54,831 nt of DNA. It comes from Candidatus Krumholzibacteriota bacterium. Its GTDB lineage: Bacteria; Krumholzibacteriota; Krumholzibacteriia; LZORAL124-64-63. Position 1 is the first letter of the stretch; the number at the start of each line of letters is the position of its first letter. Positions 39,510 through 48,232 of the stretch are shown piece after piece. The stretch covers positions 1 to 54,831 of the forward strand of contig JBDLKA010000011.1 of the NCBI GenBank assembly GCA_039714075.1, given 5' to 3'. The position numbers and the translations under genes were made by a program. A model generated the notes under the pieces. It did not search any database. It was given only the letters and a program-made list of their open reading frames with translations, and had not been told where the DNA came from.

Positions 39510-39965
39510 TTACTTAACCAAAGTCATCCGCTTGGATCCGGAGAAATTGTCCGTAACGAGTCGATACAGATAAACGCCGGTCGCGACCCTGGCTCCCCTG
39601 CCGTCGCGGCCGTCCCATTCCGCCTCGTACACTCCGGGCTCAACCAGTTTTTCCGCCAACAGGACCCTGACCAATCGCCCCTGCATATCGTAGATCCTGA
39701 GATCCACGGCAGTGGCCTGGGCCAGTTCGAATCGAATCCTGGTCAACGGGTTGAAGGGATTTGGGTAAGAGCCTCCCAAACGATCATACCGGGGGAGTTC
39801 GGCTTGGTTCTCCACTCCTGATACCGACTGGGAGTTGAGGCTGAACAAGGGGGAATCACTTGTTCCGATGGCGGCTTCCGCTTCCGGGCCGCCCAGAAAC
39901 AGGCAAGCCAGACAGACGGATACAAACACGGCCACCATCCCGGGTTTCCAGGGGGACTGGAGCAT
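39510..39965 (-). CDS. Small secreted protein consisting almost entirely of a FlgD-Ig/T9SS-like sorting domain
   Basis: Signal peptide, about 16 residues, VSGVE linker, then YPNPFNP...IYDMQGRLVR...WDGRD...GVYLYRL...KRMTLVK. Confidence 0.85.
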   Translation of the reverse strand: MLQSPWKPGMVAVFVSVCLACLFLGGPEAEAAIGTSDSPLFSLNSQSVSGVENQAELPRYDRLGGSYPNPFNPLTRIRFELAQATAVDLRIYDMQGRLVRVLLAEKLVEPGVYEAEWDGRDGRGARVATGVYLYRLVTDNFSGSKRMTLVK

Positions 39966-40126
39966 CGAGGTGTCCTCTCAGCGAGGTGATTTCAAGGGAA
40001 TGGAATATCCTTGGCAAATAAATTCCATTAGGCGAACGGAATAATTCTAATCAAATGAGACTACAAAACCATTTGTCTTTGCACAAGACCCTGGGTTGGA
40101 TTAACCGAAATCGGCTGGTCCGCTTC

Positions 40127-41872
40127 TCACCGTCCCGCGGGCCGGCCTCCCTTGCGGGGATCGCTCGCCGCGGTGATGCGCCCGTCCTTGACCACGATGG
40201 CCTGCACGACACCGACCGTCTTTTTGTAGGACACCACGTTGTGCCCCCGGGACTTCAGGCCTTCCAGCGTGTCGTCATCGCTCCAGCCGGTCTCGACCCG
40301 GACCTCGTCCGGTTGCCACTGGTGGTGCAGACGCGGCCGGGCGACGGCCTGGCCGGCGTCGTCGCCGAAGACCAGGGCCGACAACAGGACCTGAAGCGTG
40401 CCGCTGATGATGCGCGGCCCGCCCGACGCCCCGGCGATGGCCACGGGCCGGCCGTCTTCCAGCACGATGGTCGGGCTCATGGACGACAGGGGCCGCTTGC
40501 CGGGTTCGGGCCGGTTGCGGTCGGACTGCACCAGGCCGAAAGCGTTGGCCCCGCTGCCGGTGGTAAAATCGTCCATCTCGTCGTTGAGCAGGAAACCGAA
40601 GCCCGGCACTTCCACGCACGATCCCCAGGTCAGGTTGATGGTTTCGGAGCAGGCGACGGCCATACCGTTTGCGTCCAGAACCGAAATGTGGCTGGTCCCC
40701 GAGTCATGGGGAAGCTGGGGCGCGGTGCCGTACTCCTCGGACGCCAGGGTGTGGCCCTTGTTGACGTGTCCGGCCAGGGAATCGAGATATTGCGGCGCCG
40801 TCAGGTCGGCGACCGGAACGGGGGTGAAGGCGTCATCGGCCAGCCAGCGAGCCCGGTCGGCAAAGGCGTGCTTGAACGATTCGATCAACAGGTGCCGCCA
40901 TTGAGCGGAATCCTGCTCGTGACTGTTGTTCAGTCCGCCCAGCCTTTCGAGCATTCCAAAGACCTGCTGGGTGGCGACGCCCCCGCTCGAGGGCGGCGGC
41001 ATGGACACGATGTGCCAGGGACCGATATCGCTTTCCAGGGCGGGGCGTTCCCGCACGGTGTACTTCGCCAGGTCGTCCCGGGTCATGGGGCCGTCGCCTT
41101 CTTCCATGACGGACACGATGGCCTCGGCGATGGGACCGGCGTAGAAGGCTTCGGCTCCGTCGCGGGCGATGAGTTCCAGGGCCCGGGCCTGCGGTTCGTT
41201 CAGGATGAGGTCGCCTGCGGTGATCTTTCCCTGACGGGTGAAACGGTACCAGGCCAGGGCCAGGTTGGGCCGCAGTTCCGGATGATCCCGCCAGGCCTTG
41301 CTCATCGCTTCGACCGCCCCGACGTGGAAGGCGTCGGCGGCGAACCCTTCCCGGGCGGCCTTGATGGCCGGCGCCAGCACAGTGGCGCGATCCAGGGTGC
41401 CGTGGTTTTCCAGGGCGTGGAGAAGTCCGGCCACCGTGCCGGGAACACCGCAGGCTTTGGGGCCGAGTTCGCTGGCGCCGTCGGGGAGATCCTCGTAATA
41501 GTCCGGACCGACGGCGGACGGACAGGCTTCGCGGTAATCCAGGGCGACGGCGCGGCCGTCCCGGTCACCCTCGGTCGGCGGCAGGCTGATGACCATGAAG
41601 CCGCCCCCGCCGATCCCGCAGCTGAAGGGCCGCACCACCGACAGGCAGAACGAGGCGGCCACCGCGGCATCGACCGCGTTGCCCCCGGCGGCCAGCATCT
41701 GTTCGCCGGCGCGGGAGGCCAGGGGGTGGTCGCAGGCCACGGCCCACTTGGAAAAGGTTCCCGCATGATCGGAATTGGGAGCGGAATCGGCGGCGGGGCG
41801 GGGAGCGTGGGAGCAACCGACGATGATCGGTATGGTGGCCAGCACCAGAAGCACGATTCGGGTCTTCATCAT
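40127..41872 (-). CDS. ggt: Gamma-glutamyltransferase (lipoprotein)
   Basis: GGNAVDAAVA, GIGGGGF, DYRE, PPPSSGG, catalytic GTSHIS, LNDEMDDF, PLSSMSP, DPRK; IVGC lipobox. Confidence 0.95.
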   Translation of the reverse strand: MMKTRIVLLVLATIPIIVGCSHAPRPAADSAPNSDHAGTFSKWAVACDHPLASRAGEQMLAAGGNAVDAAVAASFCLSVVRPFSCGIGGGGFMVISLPPTEGDRDGRAVALDYREACPSAVGPDYYEDLPDGASELGPKACGVPGTVAGLLHALENHGTLDRATVLAPAIKAAREGFAADAFHVGAVEAMSKAWRDHPELRPNLALAWYRFTRQGKITAGDLILNEPQARALELIARDGAEAFYAGPIAEAIVSVMEEGDGPMTRDDLAKYTVRERPALESDIGPWHIVSMPPPSSGGVATQQVFGMLERLGGLNNSHEQDSAQWRHLLIESFKHAFADRARWLADDAFTPVPVADLTAPQYLDSLAGHVNKGHTLASEEYGTAPQLPHDSGTSHISVLDANGMAVACSETINLTWGSCVEVPGFGFLLNDEMDDFTTGSGANAFGLVQSDRNRPEPGKRPLSSMSPTIVLEDGRPVAIAGASGGPRIISGTLQVLLSALVFGDDAGQAVARPRLHHQWQPDEVRVETGWSDDDTLEGLKSRGHNVVSYKKTVGVVQAIVVKDGRITAASDPRKGGRPAGR

Positions 41873-44800
41873 CAATCTCCAGGCCGGGCGGTTTTCGTGG
41901 CTTCACCACCGGATTTCCGGTATTGCGACGGTGCTACCTTGAATTCCTCTTTGAAGTTGCGCGAAAAATGGGAAAGGCTCTTGAACCCGCAGGCGAAGGC
42001 CACCTCGGCCACGTTTCCGTACCCGCTGACCAGCAGTTCCGCGGCCCGGCGCAGCCGCTGCCGGCGCACGACGAAAGTTGCCGACTTGCCCGTCAGGGCC
42101 TTGAGCTTCCGGTGCAGCTGGGTTCGGCTCAACCCAACTTCCCGGGCGAAATCCTCGACACTGAAATCCTCGTTTTCCAGGTTCTCGTCGACCACGGTCA
42201 GGGCCTGGGCCAGGAAGCGGTCGTCCCGGCTGACCAGGGGCAGGCTCTTGATCGGCAGCAGGTCGATATTGCTGCTGTACTTGTGGCGCAAAAGGATCCT
42301 CTGGTCGATGAGATTCTTGACGCGGATCCGCAGCTCTTCCGGGTCCAGGGGTTTGGCGAGATAATCGTCGGCGCCGATCCGCAATCCCTGCTTGCGGCTG
42401 TCCGCCTCGGCCTTGGCCGTCAGCATGACTACCGGTATGTGGCTGGTCGCCGAATCTTCCTTCAAGGCGGTCAACATTTCGAAGCCGTCCATGTTCGGCA
42501 TCATCACGTCGCTGACCACCAGGTCGGGCACCTGCTCACTGGCCTTCTGCAGCCCCTCGGCGCCGTCGGCGGCGGTGATGATCCGGTTGGCGCCCTCGAG
42601 TTCGGCGGCGAGGAACGACCGCAGGTCGGCATGATCCTCCACGACCAGGACCAGGGGCAGGCCCCCGGTTTCGTCCTGCTCCTCCACCGGGACGGGTTCA
42701 CCCTTGCTTTCGGGACGGTGGGGGGTCTCATGGTCATGGCCGTACCCGGCGATGCGCTCTTCAAGGGCCTCGGGAGTGTCGGGCGCGGTTGCGGGCACCC
42801 GGCCGGCAGTCAGGGGCACGGCGCCGGACGCGGGCGCCCCCAGCAGGGGAAAGATCACCGTGAAGATGGTCTTGTCACCCAGCGTGCTTGCGACCCGGGC
42901 CGATCCGCCCATGAATTCGACAAGCTCCTTGACCAGCGCCAGTCCGATGCCCGTGCCGACGTTGCCGTCGCCGCCGGAGGTCGCCGTCTGCAGAAAACGG
43001 TCAAAGATCCTGTCCTGGTCCGAGGCCGGAATGTGGGTGCCGGTGTTGGCCACCGAGACGGTCAGATCCCGGCAGGCGACCGTTCCGCTCAACCCCATGC
43101 GGTCCCTGTCGCCGCCGGGCAGGACCCGTTCGGAACCGACCTCGAGCACCAGGTCGACCCGCTCCCCTTCGGGAGTGTACTTGAGCGCGTTGGACAGGAG
43201 GTTGGAGACAACGGTTTCCACCAGATCGGGATCGAACCAGCCTTCGAGATCGCCGGGCGGAAGATCCGCCGTGTAGGTGATGTTCCGCGCGTCGGCGACG
43301 TATTCGAAGGGGGAACTCAGGGCCCTGAAGAAAGAGATGATGTCCCCGCTGGTCCATTTGAGATTCAATTGCCCCGATTCGATCCTGGCCAGATCCAGCA
43401 GTTTTTCGATCAGTTCCCGGAGCCGGCGGGTATTGGCCAGGATCATCTTGCGATTGTCGGCGGTCAGGGCATTCGGCTGCTTGCGGGCGCGAAGCAGAAG
43501 GCCTTCGATCAACGTCAGGGGCGTGCGGAACTCGTGGGAGATGTTGGCGAAGAAGCGGGACTTCAGGTGATCGAGCTCTTCCAGCTTTTTGACTTCGGCC
43601 ATGCGTAGCTTCAGGATCTGGGCATGGCGGGCCCGGCGCAGAAGGGTCCGGAAAAACAGGGCCAGAGCCGCAGCAAACATGATGACGTAAAGGGCGTAGG
43701 ACAGGGGGGACGCCCACCAGGGATGATTCACCCGGAGGTGGAGTGACGCCGTCTTCGAACTCCAGACACCATCACTGTTCGTGCCGTTGACCTCGAAAGT
43801 GTAACGGCCCGGGGGCAGGTTGGTGTAGGAGGCATGGCGTCCGGAATCCGCGTTCCGCCATCCCGGGTCGAAATTCCGGAGCCGAAAGCGATACCTGTGC
43901 AGTTCGGGACGGTGGAAATCCAGGCTGGCGAAGGAAAAGGTCAGCACGTTCTGGTCATGATCGAGGGTCAGGGAGGAAACCTCGGTCACGGTCCTGTCCA
44001 GAATCTTCCCCTCTCCGGGAACCAGGGGCTCATCGAACAGCTCCAGGCCGGTCAGCACAACCTTTGGTTCGAAGGTGCTGGACACGTATTGGTCGGGACG
44101 AAACGAAGTCAATCCCCTGAAGCCCGGCAAAAACGCCGTGCCATCGGAGTCGAGAAAGGCATTGGTTCCGTTTTCATTCGAGGGTAGGCCGTCATGAGTA
44201 TCGAAAGTGTGGACATCCCGCGTGACAGGGTCGAAAAGGGCCAGGCCCCTACCTGTGGAGAGCCAAAGCCGTCCCCGGTTGTCCTTGATGAAAGTGGTGA
44301 TGTCGTCGTGGGGTATACCGTCACCGGTCGTAAACGCTTCGACAACACCGGAGTCGGGATCGAACAGGATCAGGCCGGTCATGCTGGAGATCCAAAGACG
44401 GCCGTCGGGTCCGTTCTCGATCTGGGATATGGAAAAGATATGACCCTGGGGTTCGAAAAACCGCTGGAAATCGTTGGACTCGGGAAAGTAGCGGTACAAT
44501 CCGGAGGTTTCCGTGCCGATCCACAGTCGGCCCGCCAGGTCCCGGAAGATCTCTGTGATGCCTGACCGAGGCATGCCGCGGTCGTTTCCCGGATCGGGGG
44601 CGTAGTGGTGGGCCAGGGTGCCGTCGGGGTTCAGCCACCAAAGTCCCAGATTTCGTGTCCCCAACCAGAGGGAGCCGTCGTCATCGGCGAGTATCGTCCT
44701 GACCGAATTGGAGGCCAGGGACTGCAGCTGCGGATCCCCGGGACGATGCTGGGCATAGGTCCCCGTGACGCGGTCATAGGTCCACAAACCGCTGTTGGTG

Positions 44801-46119
44801 GCCAGCCATAACAGATCACCCGGACCTTCGGCCAGGAATTCGATCACGTAAAGATCAGCCCGGGGCAGAGGAATGTGTTTGAATGTGACCCCGTCGGGTT
44901 CCAGCCGGTTGAGGCCGCCGACATCCGGTCCCGCGGCCGGTGTTCCGGTGCCGACCCAGAGGGTTCGGTGGCTGTCGGAAAGCACCGTTCTTACAAAATT
45001 GATGTGCAAACTGCCGGGTTGATTGGGGTGATGCTGATAAACCCGGAACAACGATCCGTTCGGGTCGAAACGACTCAAGCCGCCGGGGTACCACATTCCC
45101 GCCCATATTAGGCCCGATTCGTCACACCAAAGGCTGAGGACCGGACCTTGCCCAATGCTGTTGGGGACCTCCGAGTCATGTTCGAACAACCGGAACAGGG
45201 AGTACCGGGGATCAAAACGCAACAGGCCCGCCACCGAGCCGATCCACAGCACGCCATTCTTGTCCTCGATGAGGTTCAGGAGGCTGTTGACGCCGGCGGT
45301 CGCGTTGAAAAGATCAGGCAGATAGGGGGTCAGTTCCCTGGTTTTCGGATCCCACCCCAGAAGCCCGCCGTACCCGGCGATCCAGATACGGCCTGTGGAG
45401 TCCTCGAGGATCGTCTCGACATTGGTCAGGGGGCCGCCGTCCGCCTGGGACGTCGGTTGGCTGAGGATTTCGAGCCTGCGCCCCTCGAGGTCCGTTACGA
45501 AAACCCGACCCGACCTGGTGGAAATCCAGACCTGGTCCCGCGAATCCACCATGACCCTGGTGATCAGGCGCGGTGAGTCCTCCCGGGGCCAATGGGTTCC
45601 GGGAATGATCCTGGTCGGGATTCCAGTTTCGCTGTCCACCCGATAGAGAGAGCTCTCTCCCGTGGCGACCCAGAGCGCGCCCTGGCTGTCCTCGCTTATG
45701 TCCCTGATCCAGGTGGGAGGGATGTAAGCCCCGTCATCGGATCGTGAAACGAAACGGGTGAAACTCTCGGTCACCGGATCATATCTGCTCAGGCCGTTCA
45801 GGATGGTTCCAACCCAGATCCTGCCTTGGGAGTCCTCGTGGAGAACATTGACCAACCGGCCGCCGATACTCGTCGAATCTCCGGCCTCCGGCAGGAAGAC
45901 CCTCATTTCCCCACCGTCGTACCGGACAAGTCCACCCTGGGTGCCGAACCACATGAACCCCCGCCGATCCTGGATGACCGTGCGAACGGTGTTGTCAGGT
46001 AGTCCATCGTCGACGGTCAGGTGCTGGAAGACGAATTCCGTCTGGGCTCCGGCAAGACCGGAGAGCAGGACCAGGAAGAGGACTGGCAGAACAATTCGCG
46101 GCAAGATCAGGTCTTTCAT
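41872..46119 (-). CDS. Hybrid two-component system (beta-propeller sensor, Y_Y_Y, HisKA, HATPase, receiver, AraC HTH)
   Basis: DGLPDNTV/GFMWFGT propeller repeats, YTNLPPGRYTF, FANISHEFRTPL, GTGIGL, DVMMP, SRTQLHRKLKAL...HFSRNFK; start moved to MKDLI at 46119. Confidence 0.95.
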   Translation of the reverse strand: MKDLILPRIVLPVLFLVLLSGLAGAQTEFVFQHLTVDDGLPDNTVRTVIQDRRGFMWFGTQGGLVRYDGGEMRVFLPEAGDSTSIGGRLVNVLHEDSQGRIWVGTILNGLSRYDPVTESFTRFVSRSDDGAYIPPTWIRDISEDSQGALWVATGESSLYRVDSETGIPTRIIPGTHWPREDSPRLITRVMVDSRDQVWISTRSGRVFVTDLEGRRLEILSQPTSQADGGPLTNVETILEDSTGRIWIAGYGGLLGWDPKTRELTPYLPDLFNATAGVNSLLNLIEDKNGVLWIGSVAGLLRFDPRYSLFRLFEHDSEVPNSIGQGPVLSLWCDESGLIWAGMWYPGGLSRFDPNGSLFRVYQHHPNQPGSLHINFVRTVLSDSHRTLWVGTGTPAAGPDVGGLNRLEPDGVTFKHIPLPRADLYVIEFLAEGPGDLLWLATNSGLWTYDRVTGTYAQHRPGDPQLQSLASNSVRTILADDDGSLWLGTRNLGLWWLNPDGTLAHHYAPDPGNDRGMPRSGITEIFRDLAGRLWIGTETSGLYRYFPESNDFQRFFEPQGHIFSISQIENGPDGRLWISSMTGLILFDPDSGVVEAFTTGDGIPHDDITTFIKDNRGRLWLSTGRGLALFDPVTRDVHTFDTHDGLPSNENGTNAFLDSDGTAFLPGFRGLTSFRPDQYVSSTFEPKVVLTGLELFDEPLVPGEGKILDRTVTEVSSLTLDHDQNVLTFSFASLDFHRPELHRYRFRLRNFDPGWRNADSGRHASYTNLPPGRYTFEVNGTNSDGVWSSKTASLHLRVNHPWWASPLSYALYVIMFAAALALFFRTLLRRARHAQILKLRMAEVKKLEELDHLKSRFFANISHEFRTPLTLIEGLLLRARKQPNALTADNRKMILANTRRLRELIEKLLDLARIESGQLNLKWTSGDIISFFRALSSPFEYVADARNITYTADLPPGDLEGWFDPDLVETVVSNLLSNALKYTPEGERVDLVLEVGSERVLPGGDRDRMGLSGTVACRDLTVSVANTGTHIPASDQDRIFDRFLQTATSGGDGNVGTGIGLALVKELVEFMGGSARVASTLGDKTIFTVIFPLLGAPASGAVPLTAGRVPATAPDTPEALEERIAGYGHDHETPHRPESKGEPVPVEEQDETGGLPLVLVVEDHADLRSFLAAELEGANRIITAADGAEGLQKASEQVPDLVVSDVMMPNMDGFEMLTALKEDSATSHIPVVMLTAKAEADSRKQGLRIGADDYLAKPLDPEELRIRVKNLIDQRILLRHKYSSNIDLLPIKSLPLVSRDDRFLAQALTVVDENLENEDFSVEDFAREVGLSRTQLHRKLKALTGKSATFVVRRQRLRRAAELLVSGYGNVAEVAFACGFKSLSHFSRNFKEEFKVAPSQYRKSGGEATKTARPGD

Positions 46120-46185
46120 TCCGGAGTGGTTCGGATTCCCGTGATCATCCCCTGAAATAATACCACCAAATGCCTTTGTTGAAGA

Positions 46186-46262
46186 AAAAACCACGATTTG
46201 CAACATAAAGGCATACAACCGGAACATGCGGGTTAGAGCGGTCGGTTCGGAAAAGTTATGAT
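46186..46262 (+). promoter_or_regulatory. Putative AraC/HTCS operator plus -10 box (copy 1)
   Basis: AAAAACCACGATTTGCAACAT; AACAT repeated at a 21-bp period; TATGAT 29 nt downstream; same layout at 47222. Confidence 0.65.
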
Positions 46263-46330
46263 TCCCGGGTTAATGGGATAATTGGGTGCGGACCCGGGTT
46301 TCCGGGCTTTTTCAACCAGGGAGCAATATC

Positions 46331-47080
46331 GTGAAAAAGGGGGTGATGCTGATGGCCGGTTTCATCTTATTTGTGTTGGCAGCGACCGCCCTGGCCGGTG
46401 AATTCATCGAGACCTTTGATGATGACTCCGGACCCTGGTCGAACAGTCCCAACGAGGGATATCTGGTTGCCGAGGGCGGAAATCCGGGCCCCTACATCAG
46501 CATGGTGTCCTCTTTCGGGGCATTCCGGTCCAATCCCATGCCCCGCACGTTCCGGGGGACGGCTCCCCAGTGGGTGGGCGACTACCGGGTCGCGGGTGTG
46601 ACCTCCGTCGGCATCGATGTGTTGGTGCTGGGCTCCCAGGCAAAGTACGATTCCCCCGGATCGCTTTTCCTGTATAGCAATATGGGAACCGGCGACAGCC
46701 GTGACGACCAGGTTATCTTCTACCTGACGGACCGTTTACCGGCTCCAGGTGAAGGATGGGTCAGCTTTGACGCTCCCCTGGACCTTACGGCCGATTCCCT
46801 TCCCCGCGGTTGGCGTTTCGGCGATCCCACGCCCCATGATCCCGAGCCCGCCTTCGATTTCGAGGCTCTGATCCGAAATATCACCACGGTGGGCTTTCTT
46901 TTCTGCAGTTTCGACGATCAGACCAACCTGGGGTTCACGAATGTCGGGATCGACAACCCGCGTCTGACCTTCGAACGTGCTCCTTCAATGGGCGCAGGGG
47001 AGTCCGAGGATCCCGCCAAGGCCAATCTGGGCACCCCGGGGAATTTTTGGTTCGATATGTGGCATGAATCGGAGAGATGA
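46331..47080 (+). CDS. Secreted protein, paralog of 47410..48138 with a degenerate C-terminal tail
   Basis: GTG start after AGGGAG; signal peptide; shares NPMPRTF, G[DN]YR.AGVTSVG.DV, YLTD.LP.PG.GWVSFDAP and GFTNVG.DN with its neighbour. Confidence 0.8.
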   Translation: MKKGVMLMAGFILFVLAATALAGEFIETFDDDSGPWSNSPNEGYLVAEGGNPGPYISMVSSFGAFRSNPMPRTFRGTAPQWVGDYRVAGVTSVGIDVLVLGSQAKYDSPGSLFLYSNMGTGDSRDDQVIFYLTDRLPAPGEGWVSFDAPLDLTADSLPRGWRFGDPTPHDPEPAFDFEALIRNITTVGFLFCSFDDQTNLGFTNVGIDNPRLTFERAPSMGAGESEDPAKANLGTPGNFWFDMWHESER

Positions 47081-47221
47081 CCAGGACTCCGGCGACATAC
47101 AAACGGCAAACAGCCAAGATCCTCACCCTAATTATCGATATCCGATATCCTGATTATGGAGTGAACCCGGATTCCCGTCCGAATCACTCGAAAACTTATA
47201 TCTTAAGGGCATTCCGGACAG

Positions 47222-47298
47222 AAAAACCACGAATTGCAACATTTGGACACAATAAAGAAACATACCGAGATGAACGGTTTGGGCGGGTTGGCTATCAT
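47222..47298 (+). promoter_or_regulatory. Putative AraC/HTCS operator plus -10 box (copy 2)
   Basis: AAAAACCACGAATTGCAACAT (20/21 identical to copy 1); AACAT at a 21-bp period; TATCAT 29 nt downstream. Confidence 0.65.
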
Positions 47299-47409
47299 TG
47301 TTCTCGTTCAACCTCCGGGAGATTAAGGCCTCGGCCCCGAGTCTGGAGGATTTCCCATCGATCCGACCCTGGTGAACATTAAACCGGGGACAACCGACTG
47401 GAGATCGCA

Positions 47410-48138
47410 ATGTTTAAGAGGATCATGTTCCTGACGGGCCTGCTGATCGCGGTTTTCGCCGTGAACGCCATGGCCGACGAATTTGTCGATACTTTCGATG
47501 CCGGCGCAGGCCCCTGGGCCAGCCCCCCCTGGGCCTACGGGACCGTTCCGGCCACCGGCGGCGCCTGGGATGACGGCCCGTATCTGAGCCTTACCGGCAA
47601 CCCGATGCGCACCAACCCCATGCCCCGGACCTTCGCCGGTGGTATATCCCCTGCCGAGATGTTCCACGGCAACTACCGCCTGGCCGGCGTGACCAGCGTC
47701 GGTGTCGACGTGATCGTCCTGGCTCCCGCCTATGCTCCCTACGACATGCCGGGATGCCTCTTCTTCTACAGCGATTTGGACAATGCCGACGGCGATGACG
47801 ATCAGTTCTGGTATTACCTGACGGACAAGTTGCCGCAGCCGGGCGACGGCTGGGTCAGCTTCGACGCTCCGATGGACGCCTCCTCGGATACCGCTCCCGC
47901 GGGTTGGCTCCTGGGCGATGCTACTCCCGGTACCCCCCCGCCGGCCGCCAATTGGAGTGTGGCTGTCCAGAACGTCAGTATGTTCGGTTTCTACTTCGGT
48001 GATTTCGATGGTGGCGGCTTCGGCACCCAGGTCGGCTTCACCAACGTCGGCTGCGACAACTTCCGTATCACCTACGGTTCTGCTCCCGTCGGTGTCGAGG
48101 AAGAGTCCTGGGGCGGCGTCAAGGCGCTGTTCCGGTAG
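47410..48138 (+). CDS. Secreted beta-sandwich-like protein with C-terminal SWGGVKALFR tail
   Basis: Signal peptide (…NAMA), GGAG RBS, terminal PVGVEEESWGGVKALFR. Confidence 0.85.
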   Translation: MFKRIMFLTGLLIAVFAVNAMADEFVDTFDAGAGPWASPPWAYGTVPATGGAWDDGPYLSLTGNPMRTNPMPRTFAGGISPAEMFHGNYRLAGVTSVGVDVIVLAPAYAPYDMPGCLFFYSDLDNADGDDDQFWYYLTDKLPQPGDGWVSFDAPMDASSDTAPAGWLLGDATPGTPPPAANWSVAVQNVSMFGFYFGDFDGGGFGTQVGFTNVGCDNFRITYGSAPVGVEEESWGGVKALFR

Positions 48139-48177
48139 TCCGACCTGTTAAAATGGGCCGTTTCGAATGGCCTGGAC

Positions 48178-48204
48178 AAGGGGAGATCAGCGGGGTCTCC
48201 CCTT
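48178..48204 (+). other. Intercistronic hairpin
   Basis: AAGGGGAGATC/GGTCTCCCCTT stem without a U-tract. Confidence 0.45.
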
Positions 48205-48232
48205 CCCCAAATAATCAGCGGAGTGAATAGCC

